Assembly (NCBI RefSeq): GCF_006345805.1
Contig: NC_043012.1
Location: 31,744,001-31,808,000, forward strand
DNA length: 64,000 nt
Direction: 5' to 3'
Source: Octopus sinensis
Taxonomy: Eukaryota
The number at the start of each line of letters is the position of its first letter. Position 1 is the stretch's first letter. The translations under genes were made by a program, and so were the position numbers. The notes under the pieces were generated by a model. That model was given only the letters and a program-made list of their open reading frames with translations, made no database searches and was not told the DNA's origin. Below are positions 1 to 10,768 of this stretch, piece after piece.

Positions 1-600
1 AGAAGGAATATATTCACAGACATGACAGAGTTGGAACCTACATACATTGGAAGCTATGCCAACATTATGGAATAACAACAGAAAAAAGATGGTATAGGCA
101 CACACCAGAAAAGGTCACAGAAAACGAGAAAGCAACCATACTCTGGGATATGCCGATACACACAGATAGAGAAATTAAGGCCAACAGACCAGATATAGTT
201 GTCAGATATCATGAAGAAAACAATGCTTTCTAATTGATGTATCAATACCGGCAGATGACAACGTGTCTCTAAAAGAAATGGAGAAACTCTCAAAATACAA
301 AGACCTGGAAACAGAGGTAACTAGAATGTGGAATCTGAAAACAGAAACAATTCCTATCATAGTAGGTGCATTAGGCATGATAAAAAAATATTCAGACAAA
401 TACATAACAAAAACACCAGGACTTACAACACATATAACATACAGAAAATTGCACTACTAGGCACTGCACACATCCTACGCAGAACACTTTCCATACAATA
501 ACCATCAGAGCATCACAACAAATCACAGCACATACCCAAGGCACACAGAGCTGCGCTCGGTAGTGAAGTGAAAGCACGCTATAAAAATAAAACTACTGAA
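1..600 (+). mobile_element. 3' end of an R4/Dong-like non-LTR retrotransposon (restriction-like endonuclease domain, frameshifted) with 3' UTR
   Basis: Across frameshifts it reads ILWDMPIHTDREIKANRPDIV..., KEMEKLSKYKDL..RMW..IPIIVGALG and LLGTAHILRRTLSIQ* (stop 499-501), the PD-D-K REL signature. It ends AATAAAACTACTGAA directly on a (TAA)n array. Confidence 0.85.
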
Positions 601-608
601 TAATAATG

Positions 609-666
<58 letters not shown>

Positions 667-692
667 TAACAATAATAATAATTAATATTATT
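601..692 (+). repeat. (TAA)n microsatellite: tail or target of the Dong-like element
   Basis: About 30 imperfect TAA units directly after the LINE 3' UTR. Confidence 0.95.
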
Positions 693-1762
693 ATTTGGCT
701 AACTGCAGAAGAATTCATTGTTAATTCCAGTTGTACAAGTCCATGGCCACCCTCTTTTCTTGGCAGGTAAAGTCGTTCTATATCTGCCTTAGGGTGGTGC
801 ATACTATGCATTGTCAACAGTTTTCGTACTTTTCTGTCAAGACTACATATTTCAGTAATTGACCAGTTAATGATATTGAAACTGTATGTCACGACTGGTA
901 TGGTTAACGTATTGATCACTTCGATCCTGTTTCTTTTATTCAGCTCTGTCTTGAGTATTACCTTTACCCTCCGATAAAATTCTCTTCTGATCCTTTCCCT
1001 CATCATTGAATGTTTGATTCCATCACCTTCAAATTCTCCAAGGTATATGTAGCTCTCCGTTGGTTCTAACTCCCTTATGGCATTCTGCTGATCAAGATTA
1101 ACGTTATATGTTTTTGTCATTTTCCTTTTGATAACGGTAGCTTTTGCACTTTTACCGAGGCCAAATTGCATCCTGATGTCATCATTGAATTGTTTAACAA
1201 TCGCTAGTAATCCCTATAGTTGTTAATTATTTTTTCCAAAGAGCTTTAAATCATCCATGTAAATGAGATGATCTATATTTTTACCAAACATTTTATAGTC
1301 ATTGTACATCCTCGAGCAATTTCGTGAGACGTATTCACCCTGGAAAATGCCATATGAAATTGTTACATCTCCAGCATTCAGAGATTCATTGGCACTGTTC
1401 AAAGTCAGAGTGGTTCTCATACTTACAGGCAAGAAGTTTCGCAGAGTATTACCATTTTATAAATTTCATACTTACAGACAAGTATGATCTCATACTTACA
1501 GACAAGAAGTTTCGCAGAGTTTTATAAATTTTATAAATTTCCAGACATTTCTTAATCCAGCTATGTGGTAGACTATCAAAAACCTTTTTATAGTCTATCC
1601 AGGCTATCGACAAGTTCTTGTGTTGTTTGTGACGATCTTCCAAGACCATCTTATTAATGAGTAGCTTACCGTTACAACCATAGGACCCACGTTTACATCC
1701 TTTTTGTTCATTAGGGAAAATATCACTTTTTATTAAAAAACTGCAGGTGTACTCAGTCAAGA
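693..1762 (-). mobile_element. Degenerate R4/Dong-like reverse transcriptase fragment
   Basis: Minus-strand frames give EQKGCKRGSYGC..LLINK, AWIDYKKVFDSLPHSW, YMDDLKLF, FGLGKSAK, INTLTIPVVTYSF and RLYLPRKEGGHGL; several frameshifts. Confidence 0.85.
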
Positions 1763-1767
1763 CAGAT

Positions 1768-2225
1768 TCTTTTATTTGTTTCAGTCATTTGACTGCGGCC
1801 ATGCTGGAGCAGCGCTTTTGCCCGAAAAAATCGATTCCAGGATTTATTCTTTGTAAGCCTAGTACTTATTCTGGCCGTAACTTTTGCCAAACTGTATAGT
1901 TACGGGGACGTAAGCACCAAAATATTATCGACCCATAACCTGCTTAACAACAAAACAATATATAAAATAAGTAGCTTGCTGTGTCGTAAGTAGCTTGCTA
2001 ACCAGCCACACGGTTCCAGGTTCAGTCCCACTACGCACCACCTTGGACAAGTGTCTTCTACTGTAGCCTATATACGACAGGCTTCTTTCAGTTTCTGTCT
2101 ACCAAATCCACTCACAAGGCTTTGGTCGGCCACAGGCTATAGTAGAAGACACTTGTCCAAGGTGGTGTGCAGTGGGACTGAACCTGGAACCGTGTGGTTG
2201 GTAAGCAATCTATTTACCAGACAGC
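1768..2225 (-). mobile_element. SINE family A (tRNA head) with its middle replaced by an inverted duplication
   Basis: Tail gtttcagtcatttgactgcggccatgctggagc at 1780-1812 and body/head at 2073-2225 match the intact copy at 13160-13595. Confidence 0.85.
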
Positions 2226-3932
2226 AAGTCACTTATTTCATACATTGTTGCTAAGCAGGTTATGGGTCAATAATATTTTGGTTCATTTATTTCTTCAATT
2301 TTTGAGAGCAGAAATGTAACACCATTAACTAGCCAAGTGGGAATCGAACTAGGTTGTTGCAAAACACTGTTGTAAAGTTTTGTTAGCAGTCCATGACTCT
2401 CTGAGAAGGCAATCAACAAGAATTTTGTCCTTTTCTCGAGACTTCCATTTGCTTGACTTCCTGAGAGCAGATCTTACATTCCCGTTGTTGTTTATTATTA
2501 TTATTATTATTATTATCAACATGACCATCATTATCATTTCTATCATTATGGCCATATCAATTAAAGCATTGAGGCGTTCTCCTTATTTCTTTTTTAATAA
2601 GCTGGCTAATTTTCTGCATATATAAATTAAAATATCAATGGTAATGATGCTTTGGAACTTTTTGTGGGGTCTGTTTTACAACTTGAAATGTTAAAAAATA
2701 TGGCTTAACTGTCTAGACGTGATGCTATTCGCAGACATTTTCGATCTTCATCAAAAACATTAAGAGAACTGCCATTTAATAAAGTACTCAACATTAAAGT
2801 GTAGAGTTTATAATTATTTGCATATAAAAGCTGTGCCTGAACATGAATTCCAAATAAATTCATTTCTATCAAAAGTTTTATATTATAGATGTGCAGTTAT
2901 GTAATCTCCTAATATAAATAGCAAAGTGTCTCCATTTCCTTCTTCTTCTCTTTCTCTATTCGTTTGCCCGTTCCTTTGTCAAGCGCATCACAGGCAATTA
3001 GCTGCTAAGATAATTTCCATATATTTCAGCAACTTATTAAATTACTGTCTGATCGATTTCCTTACTGAATAACTGATTAGGAAATGCTCACACACACAGA
3101 CACATACACACACAAACACACACACACACACACAATTGTATTTCGGTTTTATTTGTTAAATCATAAAGAGAAAAATATAATTTATACAATTGCTTTAAAT
3201 ATAGCTTTCCATAAACAGTTAATAAAACTGAACATGTATCCTCCATGGATTTTCCACTAGTATTTATATGATATTCAATAATGTCAAAAACGTTTCAAAG
3301 AAAAGAGCAGTAAATTATGTACAGTTTTCCAGAAAGTGTATATATACTCCTTTAGTATCCATATCCAAACATATAAAAAAAGTTTTGCTTAATAAACATT
3401 TTGTGAGAGCTAACTAAAATAAACTAAATGGGCCATCACATGATTCAGCTGACTTGAATAATTTAAACACGAAGTAAAACAACTTTGAAGTATTAAACTT
3501 GTATGTGCATACATTTTAGAATTAAGTAAATACATGTATTTACAAGTGTCAAATTATTAAATGCTTAAAACAAAACTATTATAATTTAATCTAACTAGAG
3601 ATGTACGGCGGAGTAGATGTAAATTTTATAAATATGCCAGACGTGTATTAAAGAAATATTTTAGGAATACCAAGGTGGGGTGGAGGAGGGAGCCACAGAT
3701 CAGTAATCTAAGTGAATTATTAAATAATTAGAGAAAATGTGACTATAAGAAAATTTAACATTAAAAAAAATTCAGATAGATGTTGCATAAAATAAGCGTG
3801 TTTAAACTTGTAGAAATTAAATAGATAAGTGAATTAAAATAATTGGAAGGCATAAAAGAGAGGGGAAAAAAAGGAATTTTTTTAAAACAATGGTTTAAGT
3901 GTAGGCACATTGTATCTAGATTTAATTTTCTT

Positions 3933-3934
<2 letters not shown>

Positions 3935-4012
<78 letters not shown>

Positions 4013-4039
4013 ATTAGCTACCTATATATCTGTGTCCGG

Positions 4040-4111
<72 letters not shown>

Positions 4112-4210
4112 TATGTATATATGCCGGGACTCTGTGTGTGTGTATGAGTGTATGTGTGTGTGTGTGAGTGACTGTGTGTGTGAGTGAGTGAGTGAGTGTG
4201 TGTGCGTGCG
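3935..4210. repeat. Compound microsatellite (TATC)n-(TA)n-(TG)n
   Basis: Directly visible. Confidence 0.95.
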
Positions 4211-4406
4211 TTAGCGACGTTTTGATTGGGTGGTGCTTGGATAGGAGACTGTGTTAATGCATACCCGTATAAGACTAGTAACGTGTTGTGTTACATCTAT
4301 GAACAGGATTACATAATTTTTCAATTTAACGAATACTGATCAATAAAATATTTGCATAATTACCAGACAGAAATATGTATTGGCATACTGCAATCGACGA
4401 ATAAGT

Positions 4407-4530
4407 GTGTTGAATGATTACAACACCAGTCTGCTAGAAATAGACCACAAATGGTCTAGGAACCACTTAATATTACTCCACTACATTTGGGGTCTATTTC
4501 TGGCAGACTGGTGTTGTAGCCGTTCAACAC
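4407..4530. repeat. Hairpin / small fold-back element (47-bp arms, 30-nt loop)
   Basis: gtgttgaatgattacaacaccagtctgctagaaatagaccacaaatg (4407-4453) is inverted at 4484-4530 with 5 differences. Confidence 0.8.
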
Positions 4531-4771
4531 CCTTATAATTTTATAATATTAATTAACCATTATGGTATTTTAGTATGCTAACCAAAGATAAATAATTAAA
4601 TAATGACTTAATCCTAATTACGTATATATATATATATATATTATATATATACATAATATTTTATGAAATTTGAATTAGTATTTCTTAATTGAAATTTTTC
4701 CCCGTACGTTAGGAATAATATTCCCTCAAAACCATTATTATATATATATATGAAGTAGTAGAGTAGTAGTA

Positions 4772-5580
4772 GGTATCCGTCGGTCTCAAGAGTTCATGGA
4801 CCTCCGCTCGAAGATTTCGTTGCAGCTGCTGATGGTGGTGCAGCGTCTGTTGTGGCTACACAGGCCCGCACGGGAGTGACAGTCTCGCATACAAAGACTA
4901 TACAGGGTGTCCCAAAAAAATGTATACACACTTTAGCAGCTGATAACTCATTTGATATTTTTTCTTTCCAGATGAAACCTATAGGATTTAATGATGGCAG
5001 TCAGATTAAGCTTTGAACAAAGAAAATTCATTCTAAAATGATACTGGAAGTGTGAAAATGCAGTTGAAGTGCAAAAACAGTTAAAGTATGCATACTTTAA
5101 CTGTTTTTGCACTTCAACTGCATTTTCACACTTCCAGTATCATTTTAGAATGAATTTTCTTTGTTCAAAGCTTAATCTGACTGCCATCATTAAATCCTAT
5201 AGGTTTCATCTGGAAAGAAAAAATATCAAATGAGTTATCAGCTGCTAAAGTGTGTATACATTTTTTTGGGACACCCTGTATTTGAAGGAGCTCTCTGCCG
5301 GTGCTACTGAGTTTTCCGTCCGTCGACTGCGCTTTTCTTTGGTAGCGAGTTCCTGTTTTCCTTTTTCTCGCTTCATCCCCTTTCGCAGTATTTGTGACCA
5401 GTGTGGGTGGTCATTTGCAACTTCCTACCATCTAAAGCCATTCAGATAGAGCGACTTCATATCCTTCATTCAGACGTCATTGAAGCAAAGATTAGGTGGC
5501 CAATTCCCCGTACAAGAGGTCTTTTGGGATATTTCCGTCCGGCATGCAATGTACATGAACGAGCCGGGTGATCGACGCTG
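4772..5580 (-). mobile_element. RTE-clade LINE 3' end, interrupted by the 4901-5280 palindrome
   Basis: With the insert removed it reads NDV*MKDMKSL..RW*EVANDHPHWSQILRKG...SFKYSLCMRDCHSRAGLCSHNRRC, the RTE C-terminal C2H2-like motif. Confidence 0.85.
4901..5280. mobile_element. Tc1/mariner-derived perfect palindromic MITE (TA target duplication; two inverted copies of a transposon left end)
   Basis: TA-CAGGGTGTCCCAAAA...TTTTGGGACACCCTG-TA with 190/190 complementarity around 5090/5091. The arm carries ATG 4991 MMAVRLSFEQRKFILK*YWKCENAVEVQKQLK, resembling a transposase N-terminal HTH. Confidence 0.92.
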
Positions 5581-5606
5581 CTGAAGCAGGGTGATTATGT
5601 TGGGTA

Positions 5607-5755
5607 CAGCTAGGTTCTATAACCACAAAAATTAGGGATAAAATTCGACAGGAAGGAATTGAAAAATAGGAAACTAGATGGTAAAATATTTTTCATTTTT
5701 CAATTCGTTCCCGTCGAATTTTATCCCTAATTCTTGTGGTTATAGAACCTAGCTG
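5607..5755. mobile_element. MITE with about 55-bp terminal inverted repeats
   Basis: cagctaggttctataaccacaaaaattagggataaaattcgac is inverted at the right end; TA on the left flank, TT on the right. Confidence 0.75.
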
Positions 5756-5818
5756 TTCTTTCTAGCGTGTTGAATTCCTAAAAGTGGATTCCTTATGTGT
5801 TTGAATATACACTATATC

Positions 5819-5819
<1 letters not shown>

Positions 5820-5877
<58 letters not shown>

Positions 5878-6003
5878 CAATAGTTATTGGGCAATAGCCA
5901 TAATTCTACCATGCTGGGTATCATATTAGTCGATTATATCATTGTAGTTTAGCAGTGTGGCAATATTAATGTTTTAGTTATCACTAAGTATCATGTATAT
6001 ATA

Positions 6004-6057
<54 letters not shown>

Positions 6058-6099
6058 GAGCGTGTTTTTGTGTGTTTGTGTGTACGTGTGAGTTTGCGC

Positions 6100-6149
<50 letters not shown>

Positions 6150-6393
6150 GTACATATATATTTATATATACGCACACACGCATTTATGTACATATTTGAG
6201 GCGAATTAGCTTGTAAGATAACCACCATATGTGGTCCAGGTCGTCTGGATCCTTCCTTTATCATTTTCTCGATTTTTTCATATGCTTCCATGCTAATTCT
6301 CTACACACTATCTACTATCTAAATTTAGAAGAATGATAGTTGTTGAAACATCGTAGCTTTTTTCAAATTCCCTGACGGCTCTCTCATGTAACC

Positions 6394-6424
<31 letters not shown>

Positions 6425-6512
6425 TGTATGTATGTATGTATGTATGTATGTATGTATGCATGTATGTATGTATGTATGTATGTATGTATATATTTGCATG
6501 TATGTATGTATG

Positions 6513-6546
<34 letters not shown>

Positions 6547-6582
6547 TGTATGTGTACATCTATCTATCTATCTATCTATATA

Positions 6583-6671
<89 letters not shown>
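5820..6671. repeat. Cluster of (TA)n, (TG)n, (TATG)n, (TATC)n and (GA)n microsatellites
   Basis: Directly visible; source of the MYVC/YI-repeat pseudo-ORFs. Confidence 0.95.
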
Positions 6672-6673
<2 letters not shown>

Positions 6674-6889
6674 TGTGAGAGATAATGGTGTCAGTAAGAC
6701 CCAAAGGGGTCAAGTAATGCTGAGTAATGCTATGAATAGACCATGGTTAAGTTCCAGGTTCGGTAATTATGCGAGAGAAAGGAGTCCAACGTAGGTCATA
6801 TATCAGCATGTGCATACATGAAATATTTTTTTCATAATGAGATAACAAAAAACCAAGGCTGTAAATATTTCAGAACATTAATAAATATG

Positions 6890-6937
6890 GTCTTACAGTT
6901 GTTTCCAGGATATTTATTATATCACTTCATCGGAGAC
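6890..6937 (-). ncRNA. Minimal type I hammerhead ribozyme motif (C at core position 4)
   Basis: GUCU-CCGAUGA-AGUGAUAU AAUAA AUAUCCUG-GAAA-CAACUG-U-A-AGAC: 4-bp stem I, stem II, short helix III and a GUA cleavage triplet. Confidence 0.6.
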
Positions 6938-7001
6938 GGTGTGAGAGAATGGTTAAGCAATAGTTAATTAGGTAAGTATTGCTTAACCATCTTCTCACAC
7001 C

Positions 7002-7042
7002 ATCTCCGATGAAGGGATATATCCTGGAAACACATGTAAAAC
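7002..7042 (+). ncRNA. Hammerhead ribozyme motif, stem I decayed
   Basis: AUCU-CCGAUGA-AGGGA UAUA UCCUG-GAAA-CACAUG-U-A-AAAC. Confidence 0.45.
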
Positions 7043-7196
7043 CTTATTTATAAATGTTTTAAGATCTTTACAGCCTTGGTTGTTTATCTTATTCTGAAAA
7101 AAAATTATATATACATACACACACATACATACATATATATATATATTTATATATATATATAATATATATATATATATCTATATATATATATATAAA

Positions 7197-7231
<35 letters not shown>

Positions 7232-7304
7232 ACTCATATATATATGTATGTGTGCGTGTGTATGTATATATATATATATATATATAAAAATATATATATA
7301 CGTT

Positions 7305-7495
7305 CAAAATGTGGCCGCGTGTGTACCGTTGGCCATTTTTTCTCTCCGTCTTCCCTTCTTTGGATCTTTCCTTTTCCTATGTTTCTGACGAAGAGCTCCG
7401 CTCGAAACGTTAAAGCCTCCTTTCTTCCTTCTTTCCTGAGCGTCCAATAATACTATACTTGTTCCACGTCCTCGCATTGTTGTGTTTTCACGTTT
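7305..7495 (+). mobile_element. Penelope-like element terminal repeat (pLTR) fragment
   Basis: ctgacgaagagc..gctcgaaacgttaaa followed by ctgagcgtc..aatac; homologous copies at 22520-22680 (-), 10290-10380, 18660-18705 (-) and 54655-54745. Confidence 0.65.
7382..7414 (+). ncRNA. Minimal hammerhead ribozyme motif (dimer-type, palindromic ACGU helix III)
   Basis: UUU-CUGACGA-A-GAGC UCC GCUC-GAAA-CG-U-U-AAA. Confidence 0.55.
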
Positions 7496-7502
7496 GGATT
7501 AA

Positions 7503-7945
7503 CTCGGACACGTCTGCCGCATGCAGGACGGTCGCATGCCTAAAGACATCCTGTACAGCGAACTCACCACGGGATCCCGACCCAAGGGACGTCCACAGCT
7601 ACGATACAGGGATGTGTGCAAGCGCGACCTGAGGACTGCCAACATCTGTGTGGACACGTGCGAGGTAACGGCTGCTGACGGCTCTGCCTGGCGTCGGACA
7701 GTGAGGAAAGGCGTTTCCATGGCTGAGGAAAGGAGAGCACAGCTGTGGTCGGACAGGCGGGACAGGAGGAGGACAAATGCAGCAACACCCCACACGTACC
7801 CATCGATGTTCGTGTGCAGCAACTGTACCAGGGACTGCCACTCTAGAATTGGACTGTTCAGTCACAGCAGACGCTGCTCATCATCAAAGTAGGCCCCACC
7901 CTTGGCGCGACCCATTGTCTATTAAGACAGACGGGGGAGAAAGAA
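7503..7945 (+). mobile_element. 5'-truncated RTE-clade (BovB-like) LINE 3' end
   Basis: ORF 7521-7892 LGHVCRMQDGRMPKDILYSEL..GSRPKGRPQLRYRDVCKRDL...FVCSNCTRDCHSRIGLFSHSRRC* plus a short 3' UTR. Confidence 0.92.
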
Positions 7946-8879
7946 TATATATATATATATATAGTTATGTATGATGTGTTCCATATATTATTTGCAGTTA
8001 GCAGGCATGTGCGGCTTTGCTTTTTAAGATGCTCGTTCACTGGAGCTCAGTTAAACTTGGCACCACCTTGTGCAAGTGTCTCTAATCTGATAGCCTCTGT
8101 TTGATGAGTGTTTTATAAATTATTTTGCTCAACAGAATGAATGTGTAAGCCTGTCACTCACACACACGGGCATGCACTCATATATATACACACATTTGCG
8201 TGTATATGTATATATATCTATATATCAATCTATGTGTGAGTGTGTGTGTGTATATATAGATAGATATATGTAGATATATAGAAAGTGAGAGAGAGCGAAA
8301 GATAGTGCACTCAAACTGATATTGAAAAATTACATTCTTGCATAACTCCATTCATTTCCGTGCTTTTGAGATGACTATAGGTGCTGTTTTAACATCATAC
8401 AGTTGTTGCAATCAATTTCTGTTAATCAATCAATTAATTAATAGAACAGTCATTCTCTTCTGATTGAAAAAGCTGTTTCTCCCAAGGTGGCTAATGCCTA
8501 AAGAACAATATAATTTATAATTCCTCGGTCGGGAATGTGTCTATAACTCTTTTGGCGATTCAACCACCTCAACATTCCAGCCAGATTCTATTATCGCATT
8601 CACTTTTCATATACAAAAGAAAAGAGAACTACACGCCGTTTATTTGAGATTATATAAGGTCAAGTGGAAGAATATAGGCTACCCTATTTCATGGAGTCAT
8701 TACAAGTAGTACTCTTTCTTATATTGGGCGCGGTTGGAGTTGTAACTTGTTCTGGCTAGAGGCGTTTAAATTACTCAGTGTTAAATCATGAACTTACCTG
8801 GGTGTAAATAAAGTAAATGACTAAGTTATATCATCAGAAAAGCTTCCTCTTCTTTTTTCCTTTCTCAAGTATATATGTT

Positions 8880-9396
8880 TCTTTATTAGCCACACAGGGC
8901 TGCACACAGACGGGACAAATTACAAGGTAGAGCTTTTCTTTTGGGGATAAAAAAGGAGGGGGTTGGTTTTCGATCAAAAGGGATCGTAAAGGAAAGAAAG
9001 AGGAAAGCAAAAGAAAAAAAAAGAAGAAAAAGGGGAGGGGAAATAAAAATAAAAGGAAAAAGAAAAAATCGATCAATAGGGATCGTTATGACAGAAATGT
9101 CAATATAAAGTGTAAAGGGGAAACAGGTGAGGTTTACCCGTGGAAAGAAAAGCCTACGGAAAAGACAACGGTAACCTCGGTCAATGAAGTCACATGTTAC
9201 ATTTTCTTTTTACAAATAAGTAACTCTCTGTATTAAATTTTTACCGTTCACAAGATCATACTCAAGGTGGCTTCCTCATTCATACGTGCCATCCTTGCTA
9301 CATTCACCCATCTTTTTTTTAAACATTCACTAGCCTCTCTACTCTCACTTTCCTTTTCAAGTGATACTTGAAGAAGTTGATGAGAGATTGACCATG
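8880..9396 (-). mobile_element. 3' end of a Tx1/L1-like LINE (ORF2 C-terminus and 3' UTR)
   Basis: Minus strand reads HGQSLINFFKYHLKRKVRVER...KRWVNVARMARMNEEATLSMIL*, then a pyrimidine-rich UTR ending cagccctgtgtggctaataaagaaa. Clade assignment is from recognition only. Confidence 0.6.
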
Positions 9397-10182
9397 TATT
9401 CATTTCCTAACCAATTTTAAGTCTTCCATGTTTAAATATTGCACTTAACATTATGTAGTTTAATATTTTTTTAACCGAATTAACTTTAATAAATATATCT
9501 TTCAAAATAAATAAAGATGCGAATTATTAACCTAAATTTTACACACTTACTTTGCACTCAGTTGACACTCTCTCGGCCCCTTTCCCTCTTGTTTCAGTTA
9601 ATTTACATTCATTTCGACTGCAGACGGGTCAGCAAAAACAGCTGTTAGACAGCAACTGTCTTCTCTAACTTATAGTCTCACTGACAACTATATTCTAACA
9701 CTTGATGACAACATCTCTAGCACTGTGAATCAGGCAAGGAGATAATAAATCAGCTGTTGTCTACAGTTCTATTTCCGTAAAGTTATTGTAGAAAATTCTA
9801 AAAAGCTAGCGATAAAATTTTGATGCACTGAAGAGAATGACAGGTGGCAAAATGTTCCATTAATTAATAGAGCGATTCTGAGTATGAACAGCCCATAAGA
9901 GAGTAACATTATGTCAGTATGTAATTCTTTATTTATCGCCTGTTTCCTATTCTATATTGTGATTAATGCACTAAGATATCAATAAGTTGGTGCGTAGCTT
10001 TCGATTTGCAGTTTGTAGATATAACATCACACACCTAACCCACATAGATTACTATAATCTTCAATGAACGATCTTAGATTCATCGCCAAAAGTATTAGCT
10101 AACATATGAATCTGGATCTCTCTAATCCCTATCATCCTCCATTATATATATCTATCTATATATATATATATATATATATATA

Positions 10183-10240
<58 letters not shown>

Positions 10241-10375
10241 CAAAGAGGATAAATTGAATTAAGGCTATGTGTTTAGCGTAGTCCAGTGACGTTGATGACT
10301 TTCATTTTACCTGAGCATCAGACTGAAACACCTGCTTTGTTGTTCCCTTACTTGTCACTATCTTCTGATTTTTGC

Positions 10376-10413
<38 letters not shown>

Positions 10414-10768
10414 GTATTTCAACAAAGTGACTAAAATCCTTAGAGTTTCGTGGCATGCCACGAAGCTCTCGAGTTTTACTACCTTTGATTATGGCGTCCG
10501 TTCGTTTTTTTTTTCTGTTCCTCTCTGAACGGGCACTCGTTAGATACTTTACATTTTTACGTAGTTCGATGCGATCTTGCGACGACACAGATTGTATTTT
10601 GTATGCTGGGGATTACCCTGGAAAGTGGAGATCCTAAGTGAACATTATCAAAACCTTATGCTGCTTTATTTGAAAAAAACGCAATAAAGCGATCCAAGAG
10701 GATATGCACCATGTATTGAGAAGACGCTGTGACGGAAGTTATGTGCCAGAATTAGTTTTCGAGATAGG

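Larger units (their letters stand above)
6890..7043. mobile_element. Fold-back of Penelope-type termini with an HHR motif in each arm
   Basis: Arms 6890-6962 and 6977-7043 are inverted copies around a 14-nt spacer. Confidence 0.7.

Noticed and set aside
5820-5880. Recurrent AAT/TTA phase shifts inside (TA)n arrays as a coded pattern
   Set aside because: They are most simply single-base indels from slippage or sequencing/consensus error.
5984-6794. ORFs such as MYVCMYVC..., YIYIYI... and HTHTHT... here and throughout (for example 28735-29505, 31458-31962, 32564-33125, 51979-52358)
   Set aside because: They are translations of (TA)n, (TATG)n and (CA)n microsatellites, which lack stops in some frames; there is no coding signal.
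10480-10612. SSQDRIELRKNVKYL resembling the end of a neurabin/SAMD14 SAM domain
   Set aside because: Similarity is limited to a few residues and the rest does not fit.
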